From: an uncultured Gammaproteobacteria bacterium
Lineage (GTDB): Bacteria > Pseudomonadota > Gammaproteobacteria > Ga0077536
Length of the DNA: 64,000 bases
Reading direction: 5' to 3'
Assembly: GCA_938075585.1 (NCBI GenBank)
Contig: CALJHG010000026.1
Location: forward strand, 20,303-84,302
In this document: positions 43,779 through 54,360 of the stretch, in pieces
Layout: each line of letters starts with the position of its first letter
Position numbering within the stretch: the stretch's first letter is position 1
Notes under the pieces: model-generated
What the model saw: only the letters and a program-made list of their open reading frames with translations
What the model was told of the DNA's origin: nothing
Databases searched by the model: none
Program-made: the position numbers and the translations under genes

Positions 43779-44905
43779 TTGTGACGTTTATTTACTTTTT
43801 CGTAAAGAGCTATCGTTTTGTTTTGCATTTCCGATACGGTATAAGGGTTTGGTTGTATACGTGCGATGTCACTAGTATTTGTTAGGAGAGCCTTTGTTAA
43901 TACCACCGCTTTGTCAAGATCACGCGGAGGTACAAGACCCCAAGGAAACATTGTCTTGAGAATTTCTGAAGTCCCACCGTGGCCATAGCCGATGACGGGC
44001 GTACCTAGGCTTAGAGCTTCTACAGTTGTTCGCCCGAAGGCCTCTGGCTTAGAGGTCAGCGAATAAGCACAGTCGGAAATGGACAAGATTTCTTTTAGAT
44101 CCTTTCTTATGCCTAAAAAACTGATGTTATTTTCTACGTTCAGAGTTTTGACCAAGTGCATTAGCTCTTTGTAATAGTTTGAGTATTTATTTTCGACACC
44201 ACCGACGATAAGTCCATATGCGTCTATCCCGAGTGAGCGCACCTGATGCACTAGTTTGATGAACTCTAGTTGGCCTTTCCAGCGCGTGATTCTACCGGGC
44301 AAAGTAAGGATTTTTGCTTCAGGGGGATAGTTAGTGAAATTCTTCCAGTTACTGGCCCATGATTTAGATGGGGTAAAGGTTGTTTTATATTCATTTTCCT
44401 CTACGCCTCTGTGTATAACTGTTATTTTTTTATTTTTTGGGACCGAGTAGTGGTCGTGCACATAATCTCTTATGAAGTTTGAGACAGCGATGACTTGGTC
44501 ACCTCTGTTCATTATGCTGCTGTAGAGACTGACGCTGTATGGGCCGTGAATAGTTGTAAACCACACGGGTCGTTTGTTTTTTGGCATCAGCTTCAGAGCC
44601 GCCATTGTGAGCCAGGCAGGAAGTCGAGATCTGGAGTGAACAATATTTATATTGTATTTCATAAACAGGCGCGCAAGCTTAGGAATAAGAAACAATGTGA
44701 ACGGACTTTTTTGTCCAACCTTTAGCGGTAGATGCTTGCCGCCAGCCAGTTTTATGTCTTTTACTAGGGGGCCGGTGCCGGAGATAACAAAGGCCTTATG
44801 GCCTCTGTTGACCAGCGCAGCGGTCATTTGTACGGTACCTCGCTCGACGCCACCGACATTCAAGTTTGGGAGAATCTGCAATACGTTTAGGGACCGGCTA
44901 CACAT
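43775..44905 (-). CDS. Glycosyltransferase family 4
   Basis: GGVERGT, HSRSRLPAW, PGRITRWKG, PEAFGRTTVEA. Confidence 0.88.
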   Translation of the reverse strand: MCSRSLNVLQILPNLNVGGVERGTVQMTAALVNRGHKAFVISGTGPLVKDIKLAGGKHLPLKVGQKSPFTLFLIPKLARLFMKYNINIVHSRSRLPAWLTMAALKLMPKNKRPVWFTTIHGPYSVSLYSSIMNRGDQVIAVSNFIRDYVHDHYSVPKNKKITVIHRGVEENEYKTTFTPSKSWASNWKNFTNYPPEAKILTLPGRITRWKGQLEFIKLVHQVRSLGIDAYGLIVGGVENKYSNYYKELMHLVKTLNVENNISFLGIRKDLKEILSISDCAYSLTSKPEAFGRTTVEALSLGTPVIGYGHGGTSEILKTMFPWGLVPPRDLDKAVVLTKALLTNTSDIARIQPNPYTVSEMQNKTIALYEKVNKRHK

Positions 44906-45800
44906 CGTTTTTCATCCAGTCATTGACGATAAATGAAGCTGTACGCTTTGCTTCGTTTAATTGAATTTTTTTGGGGCGATTCGTATTATTTGGCGACATG
45001 ACGAGTCCCGATGCGATTAAATCTTTGCTTATTTGTGTGACTCGTGACTCTCGCCGTTTAGGCACTGAAATAAGCCCAACTTCAGCATCAGTACTAAGAG
45101 CTTCATAGATCATAGATACGCTATCTTCCGAAACCCATATTTGTCGGCATCTCGGCAAATATCCCTGCAGCCAATTATCTTCGGTGGTATTAAATGGTCT
45201 GTAGAACGCTCTTAGTTGTGTGTGGTGTTTAAGCTTTATTGTTAGATCAGAGGGGGTGCGAGGGGAGTCAGTTATGCACCATGATATTTGTTGGTTCGAG
45301 CGTACAATGTCTGATATTTGCGCTATAAATTTCTCATTGTCCCAGTTATAGTGTTTGGAAGGTCCGCCGATAAGAATAATCCCCCTCAGCGAGTGTGTCG
45401 CACCAACTGGGCTTAGATTATTCAGAACGCCTATAGTGTGAAAAATTTTTTTCGAGTATGCAGGTAGGTCATGCTGTGGTATTACGCACAGGTCAAAAAA
45501 CATAGTTGGCCAAGATGGTTTCATTAAGCAAACGGTGGCGCCACCAAAACAGCGTTTCGCCACTAAAAGACCTAATTGACTTTTACGTCCTGCGCCTACT
45601 AAAAGGTTGGGCAACGGAAGTCCCTCCCCAGCAGGAAATCTTTTTATAATAAGGTCTATAAGCCGGACATTGATTATATCGATAAGGTAGCTTTCAGATG
45701 GTGTAAGCTCTTTAATTGCGTTTACTAATCCCAGCGACTGGCTTTGATGCCCACGCTTTTTATCAGTTAACAGCCAGATAATAAGCGGTTTTTCTTGCAT
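44898..45800 (-). CDS. ELM1/GtrOC1 family putative glycosyltransferase
   Basis: DKKRGHQSQSLGL, FDLCVIPQHD, LIGGPSKH, SPRTP, VSEDSVSMIYEA. Confidence 0.8.
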   Translation of the reverse strand: MQEKPLIIWLLTDKKRGHQSQSLGLVNAIKELTPSESYLIDIINVRLIDLIIKRFPAGEGLPLPNLLVGAGRKSQLGLLVAKRCFGGATVCLMKPSWPTMFFDLCVIPQHDLPAYSKKIFHTIGVLNNLSPVGATHSLRGIILIGGPSKHYNWDNEKFIAQISDIVRSNQQISWCITDSPRTPSDLTIKLKHHTQLRAFYRPFNTTEDNWLQGYLPRCRQIWVSEDSVSMIYEALSTDAEVGLISVPKRRESRVTQISKDLIASGLVMSPNNTNRPKKIQLNEAKRTASFIVNDWMKNDV

Positions 45801-45812
45801 TGTACCTTGTTA

Positions 45813-46733
45813 CTATACAAAAGTTAGCCAGTCCGAAGGACATTTTTTATTGCCTTTTACTAGGTCAAGGTAGGCATTTTGCAACACTTTGGTGATTGGC
45901 CCTCGCGACCCGGAACCTATAACTCTGTTATCGAGTTCGCGTATTGGTGTTACCTCTGCCGCTGTTCCGGTGAAAAAAGCTTCGTCAGCGATGTAGACCT
46001 CATCGCGCGTAATTCTTTTCTCCACCACTTCGTAACCTTCTTGTTCGGCCAAAGTTATAACTGTCGAACGGGTGATCCCTTCTAAGGAGGAAGCTATTTG
46101 AGGAGTAAATATTTTACCATTGCGCACTATAAATATGTTCTCGCCCGATCCCTCAGCTACCATTCCCTCATTATCGAGCAGTAGCGCTTCATCGTATCCA
46201 TCCCGAGCGGCTTCTTGTAAAGCTAAGATTGAATTGAGGTAATTCCCGGTTGCTTTTGCGCGGCACATTACACTATTGACTAGGTGTCTTGTATAAGATG
46301 AAGTCTTAATCCGAATGCCTTTTTCTAATGCATCTTCGCCGAGATAGGCCCCCCAGTACCATGTGGCTATTGCGACATGAACTGATAATTCGTGGGCGTG
46401 CAGTCCCATACCTTCCGAACCATAATAGACCAAGGGCCGTACATAAGCGGAGTCAAGTTTATTTAATTTAATCGCTTCTAAACAAGCATTTTCAATGACA
46501 TCCCTGGTGTAAGGAATTTGCATCTCTAGTATGTGCGCAGTTTCGAATAGTCTTTTTATATGTTGTTTGAGTTGAAAAACTGCCGTTCCGTGTTTTGTCT
46601 CATAAGCTCTAATACCTTCAAAAGCGCCCACCCCATAATGAAGGGAGTGGGTTAGGATATGAACATTAGCATCTCTCCAAGGCACCATTTCGCCGTCCAT
46701 CCATATAACTCCGTCTCGGTCCGCATAATCCAT
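45813..46733 (-). CDS. ilvE: Branched-chain amino acid aminotransferase
   Basis: HSLHYGVGAFEGIRAY, KATGNY, EGSGENIF, LEGITR, TGTAAEVTP. Confidence 0.97.
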   Translation of the reverse strand: MDYADRDGVIWMDGEMVPWRDANVHILTHSLHYGVGAFEGIRAYETKHGTAVFQLKQHIKRLFETAHILEMQIPYTRDVIENACLEAIKLNKLDSAYVRPLVYYGSEGMGLHAHELSVHVAIATWYWGAYLGEDALEKGIRIKTSSYTRHLVNSVMCRAKATGNYLNSILALQEAARDGYDEALLLDNEGMVAEGSGENIFIVRNGKIFTPQIASSLEGITRSTVITLAEQEGYEVVEKRITRDEVYIADEAFFTGTAAEVTPIRELDNRVIGSGSRGPITKVLQNAYLDLVKGNKKCPSDWLTFV

Positions 46734-46951
46734 TCTCTGAAACTCCTACTTATCTCATTTGACTTCAATGCTTGGACCTACAAAAAACGAACATTTTTTT
46801 GCCAAGCTGACTGTTGTTGAGGCGTATTGCACCATAGTTTGCTCGAGAGTAACACTGCGTCAACGACATAACTTGATTTTCTGATATAACATTAGCTGAA
46901 TGCTCTGTATTTTTACCACGCGGCGACGGTCAAGCGAAGGAAGATTTTTAA

Positions 46952-48103
46952 ATGACTTTATTAAGTAAATTGCCCGATGTGGGAACTACAATTTTTTCTG
47001 TGATGTCAAAAATGGCGAGTGACTTTAGCGCAATAAATCTGTCTCAAGGATATCCAGACTACGATCCTCCCGAGGAGCTAAAAGAGCGACTCACCTGGTA
47101 CATCAACAATGGGTTTAATCAATATGCCCCTATGACGGGTGTCTACGCTCTTAGGGAGCAATGTGCAAATAAAGCTAAGACTTTTTATGGCTGCTCTATT
47201 AATCCAGACACTGAGGTCACAATTACACCAGGGGCGACGGAAGCGATTTTCTGCGCTGTTAACGCGGTTGTTCATACGGGCGACGAAGTTTTAATTTTCG
47301 ATCCCGCTTACGACTGCTATGACCCAGCGGTAAAGCTGGCCGGAGGAATACCAGTTCATATTGACCTAACACATAGTGATTACTCAATAGACTGGTCAGA
47401 GGTGTCGCTTAAAATTTCTAAGCGGACCCGAATGATCATTATAAATTCTCCGCATAATCCCTCAGGGTCGGTACTCGGTGAGAACGATATAGCAGAACTG
47501 AGGAAGCTCGCGCTAAAACATGATTTATTTGTTTTATCTGACGAGGTTTACGAACACTTTGTGTTTGATGGGGCGCAGCATTTTAGTATTTTACGTGACC
47601 CTGAATTGGCGAAACGGTCTTTTGTTGTGTTTTCTTTTGGTAAAACATATCATGCGACCGGTTGGAAAATGGGCTATGTAGTGGCCCCTGAGGCTCTCTC
47701 AAAACAATTACGCGCAGTCCATCAATTTGTTACATTTGTCGCGTTTACGCCCGCTCAGTACGCACTGGCTGACTTTATGCAAAGTTCACCGGAACATCTT
47801 ACTCAATTGCCAATTTTTTACGAGCGTAAACGAGATTTGCTTTGCACCAGTATGTCGGCATCCCGTTTTTCTTTTAAGCCGAGTGCGGGGAGTTTTTTTC
47901 AGGTAATGGATTATTCTGCCATCTCTCATAAAGATGATATGGAGTTCTGTGAGTGGTTAACCACTTCAATAGGGGTTGCTGCTATTCCTATGTCGGTATT
48001 TTATAAAAACAAGAACCTTTCAAAGCGACATCAGGTACGTTTTTGCTTTTGTAAGGAAGATAGGACGATTCTGGAGGCAGCAAAAAAATTAACTGACATT
48101 TAG
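46952..48103 (+). CDS. ybdL: Methionine aminotransferase YbdL-like (class I/II PLP)
   Basis: SKLPDVGTTIFSVMS, NLSQGYPD, NSPHNPSG, SDEVYEH, SFGKTYHATGWKMG. Confidence 0.88.
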   Translation: MTLLSKLPDVGTTIFSVMSKMASDFSAINLSQGYPDYDPPEELKERLTWYINNGFNQYAPMTGVYALREQCANKAKTFYGCSINPDTEVTITPGATEAIFCAVNAVVHTGDEVLIFDPAYDCYDPAVKLAGGIPVHIDLTHSDYSIDWSEVSLKISKRTRMIIINSPHNPSGSVLGENDIAELRKLALKHDLFVLSDEVYEHFVFDGAQHFSILRDPELAKRSFVVFSFGKTYHATGWKMGYVVAPEALSKQLRAVHQFVTFVAFTPAQYALADFMQSSPEHLTQLPIFYERKRDLLCTSMSASRFSFKPSAGSFFQVMDYSAISHKDDMEFCEWLTTSIGVAAIPMSVFYKNKNLSKRHQVRFCFCKEDRTILEAAKKLTDI

Positions 48104-48114
48104 CGAAACTATTT

Positions 48115-48549
48115 TCAGTCTTCGTCGATGGTGTAGCGCCCTTCAATAGTCCTAGCGTCTTCATTAGTGCCAGATTTTCTGACGGTTGGGTTTTTCGACG
48201 TTGGCAAAAAATATGCGCAAATAGCTTGTCTTATCATTGGTATTAACGCAAGAAACCCCACTATGTCGGTAATAAAGCCTGGTGTGATAAGTAAAATAGC
48301 GCAAAAAAGGAGTATGAGTGCCTCCATGCTTTCTAGTGTTGGCACGACCTGATGTCTTAAGGCGTCATTAATCCGACTAGCAACATCGCGCCCCTGTTGT
48401 TTTAACAGATAGAGCCCAAGTACTGCAGTAAAAATAGCCAGTGCGATGGTCGAAAGAGCTCCGATGCTTCTTCCCACTTCGATAAGAACAAAAAGTTCTC
48501 CTAAAGGGATAACTATTAAGATAAAAAGCACTAATAGTAGCGGGTTCAT
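48115..48549 (-). CDS. fxsA: FxsA family membrane protein
   Basis: PLGELFVLIEVG, LLITPGFITD, C-terminal TIEG. Confidence 0.88.
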   Translation of the reverse strand: MNPLLLVLFILIVIPLGELFVLIEVGRSIGALSTIALAIFTAVLGLYLLKQQGRDVASRINDALRHQVVPTLESMEALILLFCAILLITPGFITDIVGFLALIPMIRQAICAYFLPTSKNPTVRKSGTNEDARTIEGRYTIDED

Positions 48550-48654
48550 CCGTTAAGTTTATACTATGCGCCAGTAGATAAATAATTTGTTACGAAAATT
48601 AATCGAATTAGTTGTCTTTTTAAAGCTAGGTGGTGCTAAGAACCAACAAAAAAG

Positions 48655-50421
48655 ATGTTAAAAGCAATTACAACCTTAATATTACTCTTCGGACTTACTT
48701 CAGAGATGCTTGGTGAACCGATCTCTATTTCGTCGGTGCTTCAATCACAGAAGCAACAATTTTTGCATCCAGATGAAGCATTTTTAGTGCAGTCAGGTTT
48801 TGTCAAAAAAAACCAGATAGAAATCAGTTTCCAGATTGCCGAAGGATATTATTTATATAAGTCAAAGATCTTTCTGACAACTGAAAATATAAATCCTAAA
48901 AAAATATACCCGCGCTTGCCGGCTGGTGAAATTAAGAATGATCCGACGTTTGGCGAAGTAGAGATTTATCGTTCTGATGTGATATTGCGAACCGACCCGT
49001 TGGCTATTGATGAAGTTCGAGATAAGACGCTAATTTTATCATACCAAGGCTGTGCTGAAGATGGGATCTGTTATCCTCCACAGACTAAATCTATAGCTTT
49101 CCGAGAGTTGAGCCAGGAACCTGTTTCCGAAACACTGAGTATCTTAGAGCGAGTAAAAGGACAAAACAGCTTTTTTCTTCTACTTATATTTTTCAGCTTC
49201 GGTGTCTTATTATCTTTAACTCCCTGCGTACTTCCGATGTTGCCCATACTGTCTGGGTTGCTAGTGGGACAAACAGGAAAAAATCAAAAAAATAATCAGA
49301 TAAAACTATCTATAACCTATGTTTTAGGAATGGCAAGTACTTACTCTCTCCTAGGCTTGTTTGTTAGCTTAGCAGGTTATCGATTGCAGGTACTTTTTCA
49401 AAGCCCTTGGATAGTATTGTGCTTTGCGGGATTATTTTTTGTATTTGGATCTGCGATGTTTGGAGTAGTTTCTATTCAGATCCCCGCAGCACTAAGTCGA
49501 CGCCTCGACAGTATCAGTCGCCACCAAAAAGGCGGAACTTATTCCGGAGTGTTCGTAATGGGGATGTTGTCTGCGCTTATAGTTGGGCCTTGCGTTGCTC
49601 CGCCTTTAGCAGCAGCGCTTACTTTAGTTAGTCAGGCGGATTCTTTGATTGTGGGGGCAGCATCACTTTTTTTTATGGGTGTTGGGATGGGAGTGCCTTT
49701 GATCGCATTGGGAGCTTCGGCATCTTACATTCTACCTAAAGCTGGTCCTTGGATGCGTCAAATTAATGAATTGTTTGGGATAGTATTTTTTGGGGTTGGT
49801 ATTTGGTTTTTGGGGCGCATTGTTTCGCCTGTTTTCGTATTTAGTCTTTGGGCTATTCTTGGCTTAGTGTTTTTATATTGGGTCATGTTACGTGCTGGGC
49901 TCATTTCCAAAATAGCTTCGTCTGAGGTTAATAAATGGGTCATATTTGTCTTAGTGTGTTCACCTATCGCGATATTATATCTTTGGCTAGTTAACACAGA
50001 CGGTTTGGGCGGCACTAACCCTCAATCTGAAAGTGAAAATGGTAGGTTTCAATTCTCAGAAAATTACCTATTAGTATCCGATGTTGACGATTTAAAGCAG
50101 AAGTTATCAGCAATTCAGGATGATAGAATCGCTATGTTAGAACTTTATGCAGACTGGTGTATAGAATGTATCAGGTTGGAAAAGAATGTTCTGTCTCATC
50201 CGGACGTGTTAACAAGATTGTCCAATGTCGAGCTTTTGAGAATTGATTTGACGAAAAATACCCCAGAAAATCAGTTATTTTTGGAGGAGTTTGGTTTATT
50301 CGGGCCACCAGCGTTGCTATTTTTTTCGCGAGGTCTGGAAGATACCCGGGCTAGAATCGTTGGGTACACGGAAAAAGGAAGAATAATACAAGCTATTGAT
50401 TATATGGAGATAAATAAGTGA
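48655..50421 (+). CDS. dsbD: Protein-disulfide reductase DsbD
   Basis: QGCAEDGICYPP, LTPCVLPM, GPCVAPP, PKAGPWM, ADWCIEC. Confidence 0.95.
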   Translation: MLKAITTLILLFGLTSEMLGEPISISSVLQSQKQQFLHPDEAFLVQSGFVKKNQIEISFQIAEGYYLYKSKIFLTTENINPKKIYPRLPAGEIKNDPTFGEVEIYRSDVILRTDPLAIDEVRDKTLILSYQGCAEDGICYPPQTKSIAFRELSQEPVSETLSILERVKGQNSFFLLLIFFSFGVLLSLTPCVLPMLPILSGLLVGQTGKNQKNNQIKLSITYVLGMASTYSLLGLFVSLAGYRLQVLFQSPWIVLCFAGLFFVFGSAMFGVVSIQIPAALSRRLDSISRHQKGGTYSGVFVMGMLSALIVGPCVAPPLAAALTLVSQADSLIVGAASLFFMGVGMGVPLIALGASASYILPKAGPWMRQINELFGIVFFGVGIWFLGRIVSPVFVFSLWAILGLVFLYWVMLRAGLISKIASSEVNKWVIFVLVCSPIAILYLWLVNTDGLGGTNPQSESENGRFQFSENYLLVSDVDDLKQKLSAIQDDRIAMLELYADWCIECIRLEKNVLSHPDVLTRLSNVELLRIDLTKNTPENQLFLEEFGLFGPPALLFFSRGLEDTRARIVGYTEKGRIIQAIDYMEINK

Positions 50422-50981
50422 GAATTTTGCGTTTGCTTCTCCTTTTAGGTTTAGTTCTTATTGCTGGTACGTCGGGATTTTTATTTCATAAGGCGCAATT
50501 ATCCTCAACTGTCCAAGTTAGTGGCGCGAGTCAACCACGTGATACGTTTCCTGTAAATCCAGTGGATTGGACCTTTTCAGATACCGGAGGCAAAGAGCGT
50601 TCGATTAGTGATTGGGCGCCGCGATTACTGGTAGTGAATTTTTGGGCAACATGGTGCCCTCCCTGCGTAACAGAGATACCGGGATTTGTAAGAATACAGA
50701 AGGCCCTCGACACTCGCGATGTGCAGTTTTTAGGAATCGCCTTGGATAGCGCCACTGCTGTTCTTGATTTCAGCCAATCTAATCGAGTTAATTATCCTTT
50801 TTTGGTCGGAGATGATGATGTCATTGCGTACATGCAACTACTTGGCAATGATATCGGAGCTTTGCCTTATACAGTTGTGCTGTCCAATAAGGGACAAGTT
50901 TTGCACTCGCATAAAGGGGAGTGGGAAGAAGCCTCTGCCAAAGCAACTATAGATAAATTACTGTTAAAACACGGCAATTAG
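50418..50981 (+). CDS. TlpA-like disulfide reductase
   Basis: N-terminal TM, VNFWATWCPPC, LPYTV. Confidence 0.88.
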   Translation: MRILRLLLLLGLVLIAGTSGFLFHKAQLSSTVQVSGASQPRDTFPVNPVDWTFSDTGGKERSISDWAPRLLVVNFWATWCPPCVTEIPGFVRIQKALDTRDVQFLGIALDSATAVLDFSQSNRVNYPFLVGDDDVIAYMQLLGNDIGALPYTVVLSNKGQVLHSHKGEWEEASAKATIDKLLLKHGN

Positions 50982-51078
50982 GGCCGAACTATCGATAAAA
51001 TCGTTAAACATGTTCTGCTGACCTCAGTTGTGTTATTATTGTTTTAAATATGACTTGCGACGGTCTAGGAGGTAAATT

Positions 51079-51531
51079 TTGCCTAAGTTGCTTTTTTTGA
51101 ATGGACCAAACTTGAACCTACTAGGTAAGCGTGAACCTGAGATATATGGAAATTTTTCATTAGATGAATTAGAGGGGACTCTCACTAGTAAGATTTCGAA
51201 AATGAATTGCGAAGTTTCTTGGTACCAGAGTAATGCTGAGGCTGAGCTAGTTGACAAGATCCATGCGTCTGCGACCGACGGGGTTGATTTTGTCGTGATT
51301 AATCCCGGCGCATTTACCCATACAAGTATTGCATTACGAGACGCCTTTTTAGGAACGAGTATGCCATTCATTGAGGTACATATTTCAAACGTCTACAGTC
51401 GAGAAACTTTTAGACATAAGTCATATTTGTCAGATGTCGCAGTGGGTGTGATATCAGGAGTAGGGATAATTGGGTACGAGCTAGGAGCGATTGCCGCCCT
51501 AAATTGGCTTTCGTTAAAAAAAAATAATTAG
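51079..51531 (+). CDS. aroQ: Type II 3-dehydroquinate dehydratase
   Basis: NGPNLNLLGKREPEIYG, INPGAFTHTS, EVHISN, FRH. Confidence 0.97.
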   Translation: MPKLLFLNGPNLNLLGKREPEIYGNFSLDELEGTLTSKISKMNCEVSWYQSNAEAELVDKIHASATDGVDFVVINPGAFTHTSIALRDAFLGTSMPFIEVHISNVYSRETFRHKSYLSDVAVGVISGVGIIGYELGAIAALNWLSLKKNN

Positions 51532-51569
51532 TAAAAGTCTTTGTATAACTAGGTTAAAGCGAGGTCTAA

Positions 51570-52013
51570 GTGGATATTAGGAAAGTAAAGAAACTGATAG
51601 AATTATTGGAAGAGTCTGGGATGGCTGAAATTGAGATCCACGAAGGAGAGGAGTCAGTAAGGATTAGTCGCGGTCAGGCTCCATCAATCCAAGCGCCCAT
51701 TCCTCTTCCCGCCGCCGTTCAGCCAATTAGTCAGCATGTTGAAGAGCAAACTTTAGAGGAAGAGAGACCGTTAGTTGATGGCAAACAGATCACATCGCCA
51801 ATGGTTGGGACGTTTTATGCGGCCGCATCTCCCGAGTCGTCGGCTTTTGTGAAGTTAGGTGACCAAATCAGTGTCGGTGACACTCTGTGCATTATCGAGG
51901 CGATGAAGATTATGAATCCGATTGAAGCGGAAATAGGGGGTACTGTTTCTGCTATTTTGGTAGATAACGCGTCTCCTGTAGAGTTCGGTCAGCCATTGTT
52001 TGTGATTTCTTAG
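51570..52013 (+). CDS. accB: Biotin carboxyl carrier protein
   Basis: [12 protein letters not shown] biotinylation motif. Confidence 0.97.
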   Translation: MDIRKVKKLIELLEESGMAEIEIHEGEESVRISRGQAPSIQAPIPLPAAVQPISQHVEEQTLEEERPLVDGKQITSPMVGTFYAAASPESSAFVKLGDQISVGDTLCIIEAMKIMNPIEAEIGGTVSAILVDNASPVEFGQPLFVIS

Positions 52014-52024
52014 GCGGTATAGAA

Positions 52025-53368
52025 ATGTTTGATAAGATAGTTATCGCTAACCGCGGCGAAATAGCGCTTAGAATTCTCCGAGCATGTCGTGATTTAGGGG
52101 TTAAAACGGTTGCGATTCATTCCGAAGTGGATAGGGATTTGCAGCATGTAAAGTTAGCCGACGAGTCGGTTTGCATAGGTCCAGCCCAGCCCGGAGAAAG
52201 TTATCTAAATATTCCTGCAGTGATAGCCGCTGCGGAAGTGGCTTCTGCAGATGCAATACATCCTGGTTACGGGTTCTTGTCTGAAAACGCGGACTTTGCG
52301 GAACAGGTTGAGAAAAGTGGTTTTGTTTTTATTGGTCCGAAGGCCGAAACAATGCGCGTGATGGGTGATAAGCTTTCCGCCATTGCTGCCATGAAAGACG
52401 CGGGCGTCCCTTGTGTTCCAGGCTCTGATTATGCGCTTGGGGAAGATACTGCTGCTAATTTAGCGCTTGGAAGAGAGATAGGATATCCCTTGATGATAAA
52501 GGCATCTGGCGGCGGCGGTGGTCGCGGGATGCGTCCAGTTTTTGAGGAAAAATCTTTGCTTGAATCGATTGAGTTAACACGTGGTGAGGCCGCTGCAGCT
52601 TTTAATAATGATAGCGTGTATCTAGAAAAGTATCTCGAATATCCTAGGCACATAGAGATACAAGTGTTAGCTGATAATTTCGGGAACGTGATCCATCTTG
52701 GTGAGAGAGATTGTTCTATGCAGAGACGTAATCAAAAGGTTATCGAGGAGGCGCCCGCACCTGGTATAGACGAAGATGTGCGAAATAATCTTGGTGAACT
52801 TTGTGCGGAGGCTTGCCGCCGAATTGATTACAGAGGAGCCGGCACTTTTGAGTTTCTTTATGAAAAAGGAAATTTTTATTTTATTGAGATGAATACCAGA
52901 ATACAGGTTGAGCATCCTGTGACCGAAATGATTACAGGTATAGATTTAGTTAAGCAACAGTTGTTAATTGCTTCTGGAGAAAAATTGGATCTGGAACAGG
53001 GTGACGTTAGCTTTGCCGGGCATGCGATTGAGTGCAGAATTAATGCCGAAGACCCCTACTCGTTTTTGCCTTCCCCTGGTTTAATAAATTTTTATCATGC
53101 AGCTGGAGGTTTCGGTGTGCGCGTCGATTCCCATGTATATACTGGTTATCACGTCCCCGCTAATTATGATTCTCTCTTAGGAAAATTAATTTGCCATGGA
53201 AAGACTCGGGATGAAGCGATGACAAAAATAGAGAACGCGCTTACCGAATGTGTTTTTGAGGGGATTAAAACTAATATACCCCTACATCAGGACTTGGTCG
53301 GGAACAATGATTTTCGCGCTGGGGGTACTGATATACATTATTTAGAGCGCTTATTGGATCAGAAATAA
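52025..53368 (+). CDS. accC: Biotin carboxylase
   Basis: [43 protein letters not shown]. Confidence 0.98.
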   Translation: MFDKIVIANRGEIALRILRACRDLGVKTVAIHSEVDRDLQHVKLADESVCIGPAQPGESYLNIPAVIAAAEVASADAIHPGYGFLSENADFAEQVEKSGFVFIGPKAETMRVMGDKLSAIAAMKDAGVPCVPGSDYALGEDTAANLALGREIGYPLMIKASGGGGGRGMRPVFEEKSLLESIELTRGEAAAAFNNDSVYLEKYLEYPRHIEIQVLADNFGNVIHLGERDCSMQRRNQKVIEEAPAPGIDEDVRNNLGELCAEACRRIDYRGAGTFEFLYEKGNFYFIEMNTRIQVEHPVTEMITGIDLVKQQLLIASGEKLDLEQGDVSFAGHAIECRINAEDPYSFLPSPGLINFYHAAGGFGVRVDSHVYTGYHVPANYDSLLGKLICHGKTRDEAMTKIENALTECVFEGIKTNIPLHQDLVGNNDFRAGGTDIHYLERLLDQK

Positions 53369-53372
53369 TTTT

Positions 53373-54245
53373 ATGCATTCACTCAGTTTTGATATTGAAA
53401 CTGAGGAATTTCTGAGGATAGAAAAAGTACTTTTATTCTCTGGCGCTGTTTCGGTAACTCAAACTCTGGGGAATTGCGATGTATTTGATGAGCCTTCATC
53501 GTCTGAAATTACCAAGTGGTCAACATGTCGGATAATCGCTTTATTTAATACTCAACCGGAGAGTGATTTTGCACTGAGTCAGGTGAGCGAAACCTTCCAG
53601 GTCGGGCAGCTTAAACAGGATGAGTTATCTGATCCAGATTGGTCAAAAAGCTGGAGACAGGAATGGTTGCCGCGGACTTTTGCAGAAACTTTATGCATTT
53701 GCCCAAGCTGGTGTAGGCCTCCTGATAATGGTTCACATATAGTGATAATTGACCCCGGTCAAGCGTTTGGGACTGGTTCCCATGAAACAACGTCATTGTG
53801 TTTAACCTGGCTGGGTCAAAATTTAAGCTTGTTAGATGATGCGTACGTTATCGATTACGGTTCGGGCTCAGGAATTCTAGGTATTTCTGCGATTCGACTC
53901 GGAGCAAGATATGTGACCGGAGTGGAATTGGATACAGACGCTATAGTCGTTTCCCGCGATAATGCAATAGTTAATGGAGTCCAAAATAAAATAGCATTTT
54001 TCGATAGGGTGGCTTCCGAAGTAGAAAACGCGGCCGATATCTTAGTAGCTAACATCTTATTGAAACCGATATTAGAATTAGAGCCTACATTCCATAGGTT
54101 ACTTAAATCTGACGGAGTACTGTTACTTTCTGGAATATTGACTTCTCAGGTTGATCAGGTGGTTAGTGGATACTGCGAGCGATTTTCAATAGAGTTGGTA
54201 CAAACTGACGGTGATTGGGCGCTGCTACGAGCAACGCGTCTATAA
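53373..54245 (+). CDS. prmA: Ribosomal protein L11 methyltransferase
   Basis: IDPGQAFGTGSHETT, DYGSGSGIL, ANIL, LSGIL. Confidence 0.94.
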   Translation: MHSLSFDIETEEFLRIEKVLLFSGAVSVTQTLGNCDVFDEPSSSEITKWSTCRIIALFNTQPESDFALSQVSETFQVGQLKQDELSDPDWSKSWRQEWLPRTFAETLCICPSWCRPPDNGSHIVIIDPGQAFGTGSHETTSLCLTWLGQNLSLLDDAYVIDYGSGSGILGISAIRLGARYVTGVELDTDAIVVSRDNAIVNGVQNKIAFFDRVASEVENAADILVANILLKPILELEPTFHRLLKSDGVLLLSGILTSQVDQVVSGYCERFSIELVQTDGDWALLRATRL

Positions 54246-54360
54246 TAAAAATGCGGCACTTAAAGCACATGTTTTTAGCTTTTTAAGCTTTATACCGCTA
54301 GTCTTTGGCGTTATCATTTAAACGTTATAGCAAAATCATAAATCGGTTATCTCGTTTAAA

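Noticed and set aside
46734..46951. SAM riboswitch or ilv attenuator peptide between ilvE and ybdL
   Set aside because: No SAM-II/V consensus recognised; short ORFs are not Ile/Leu/Val-rich
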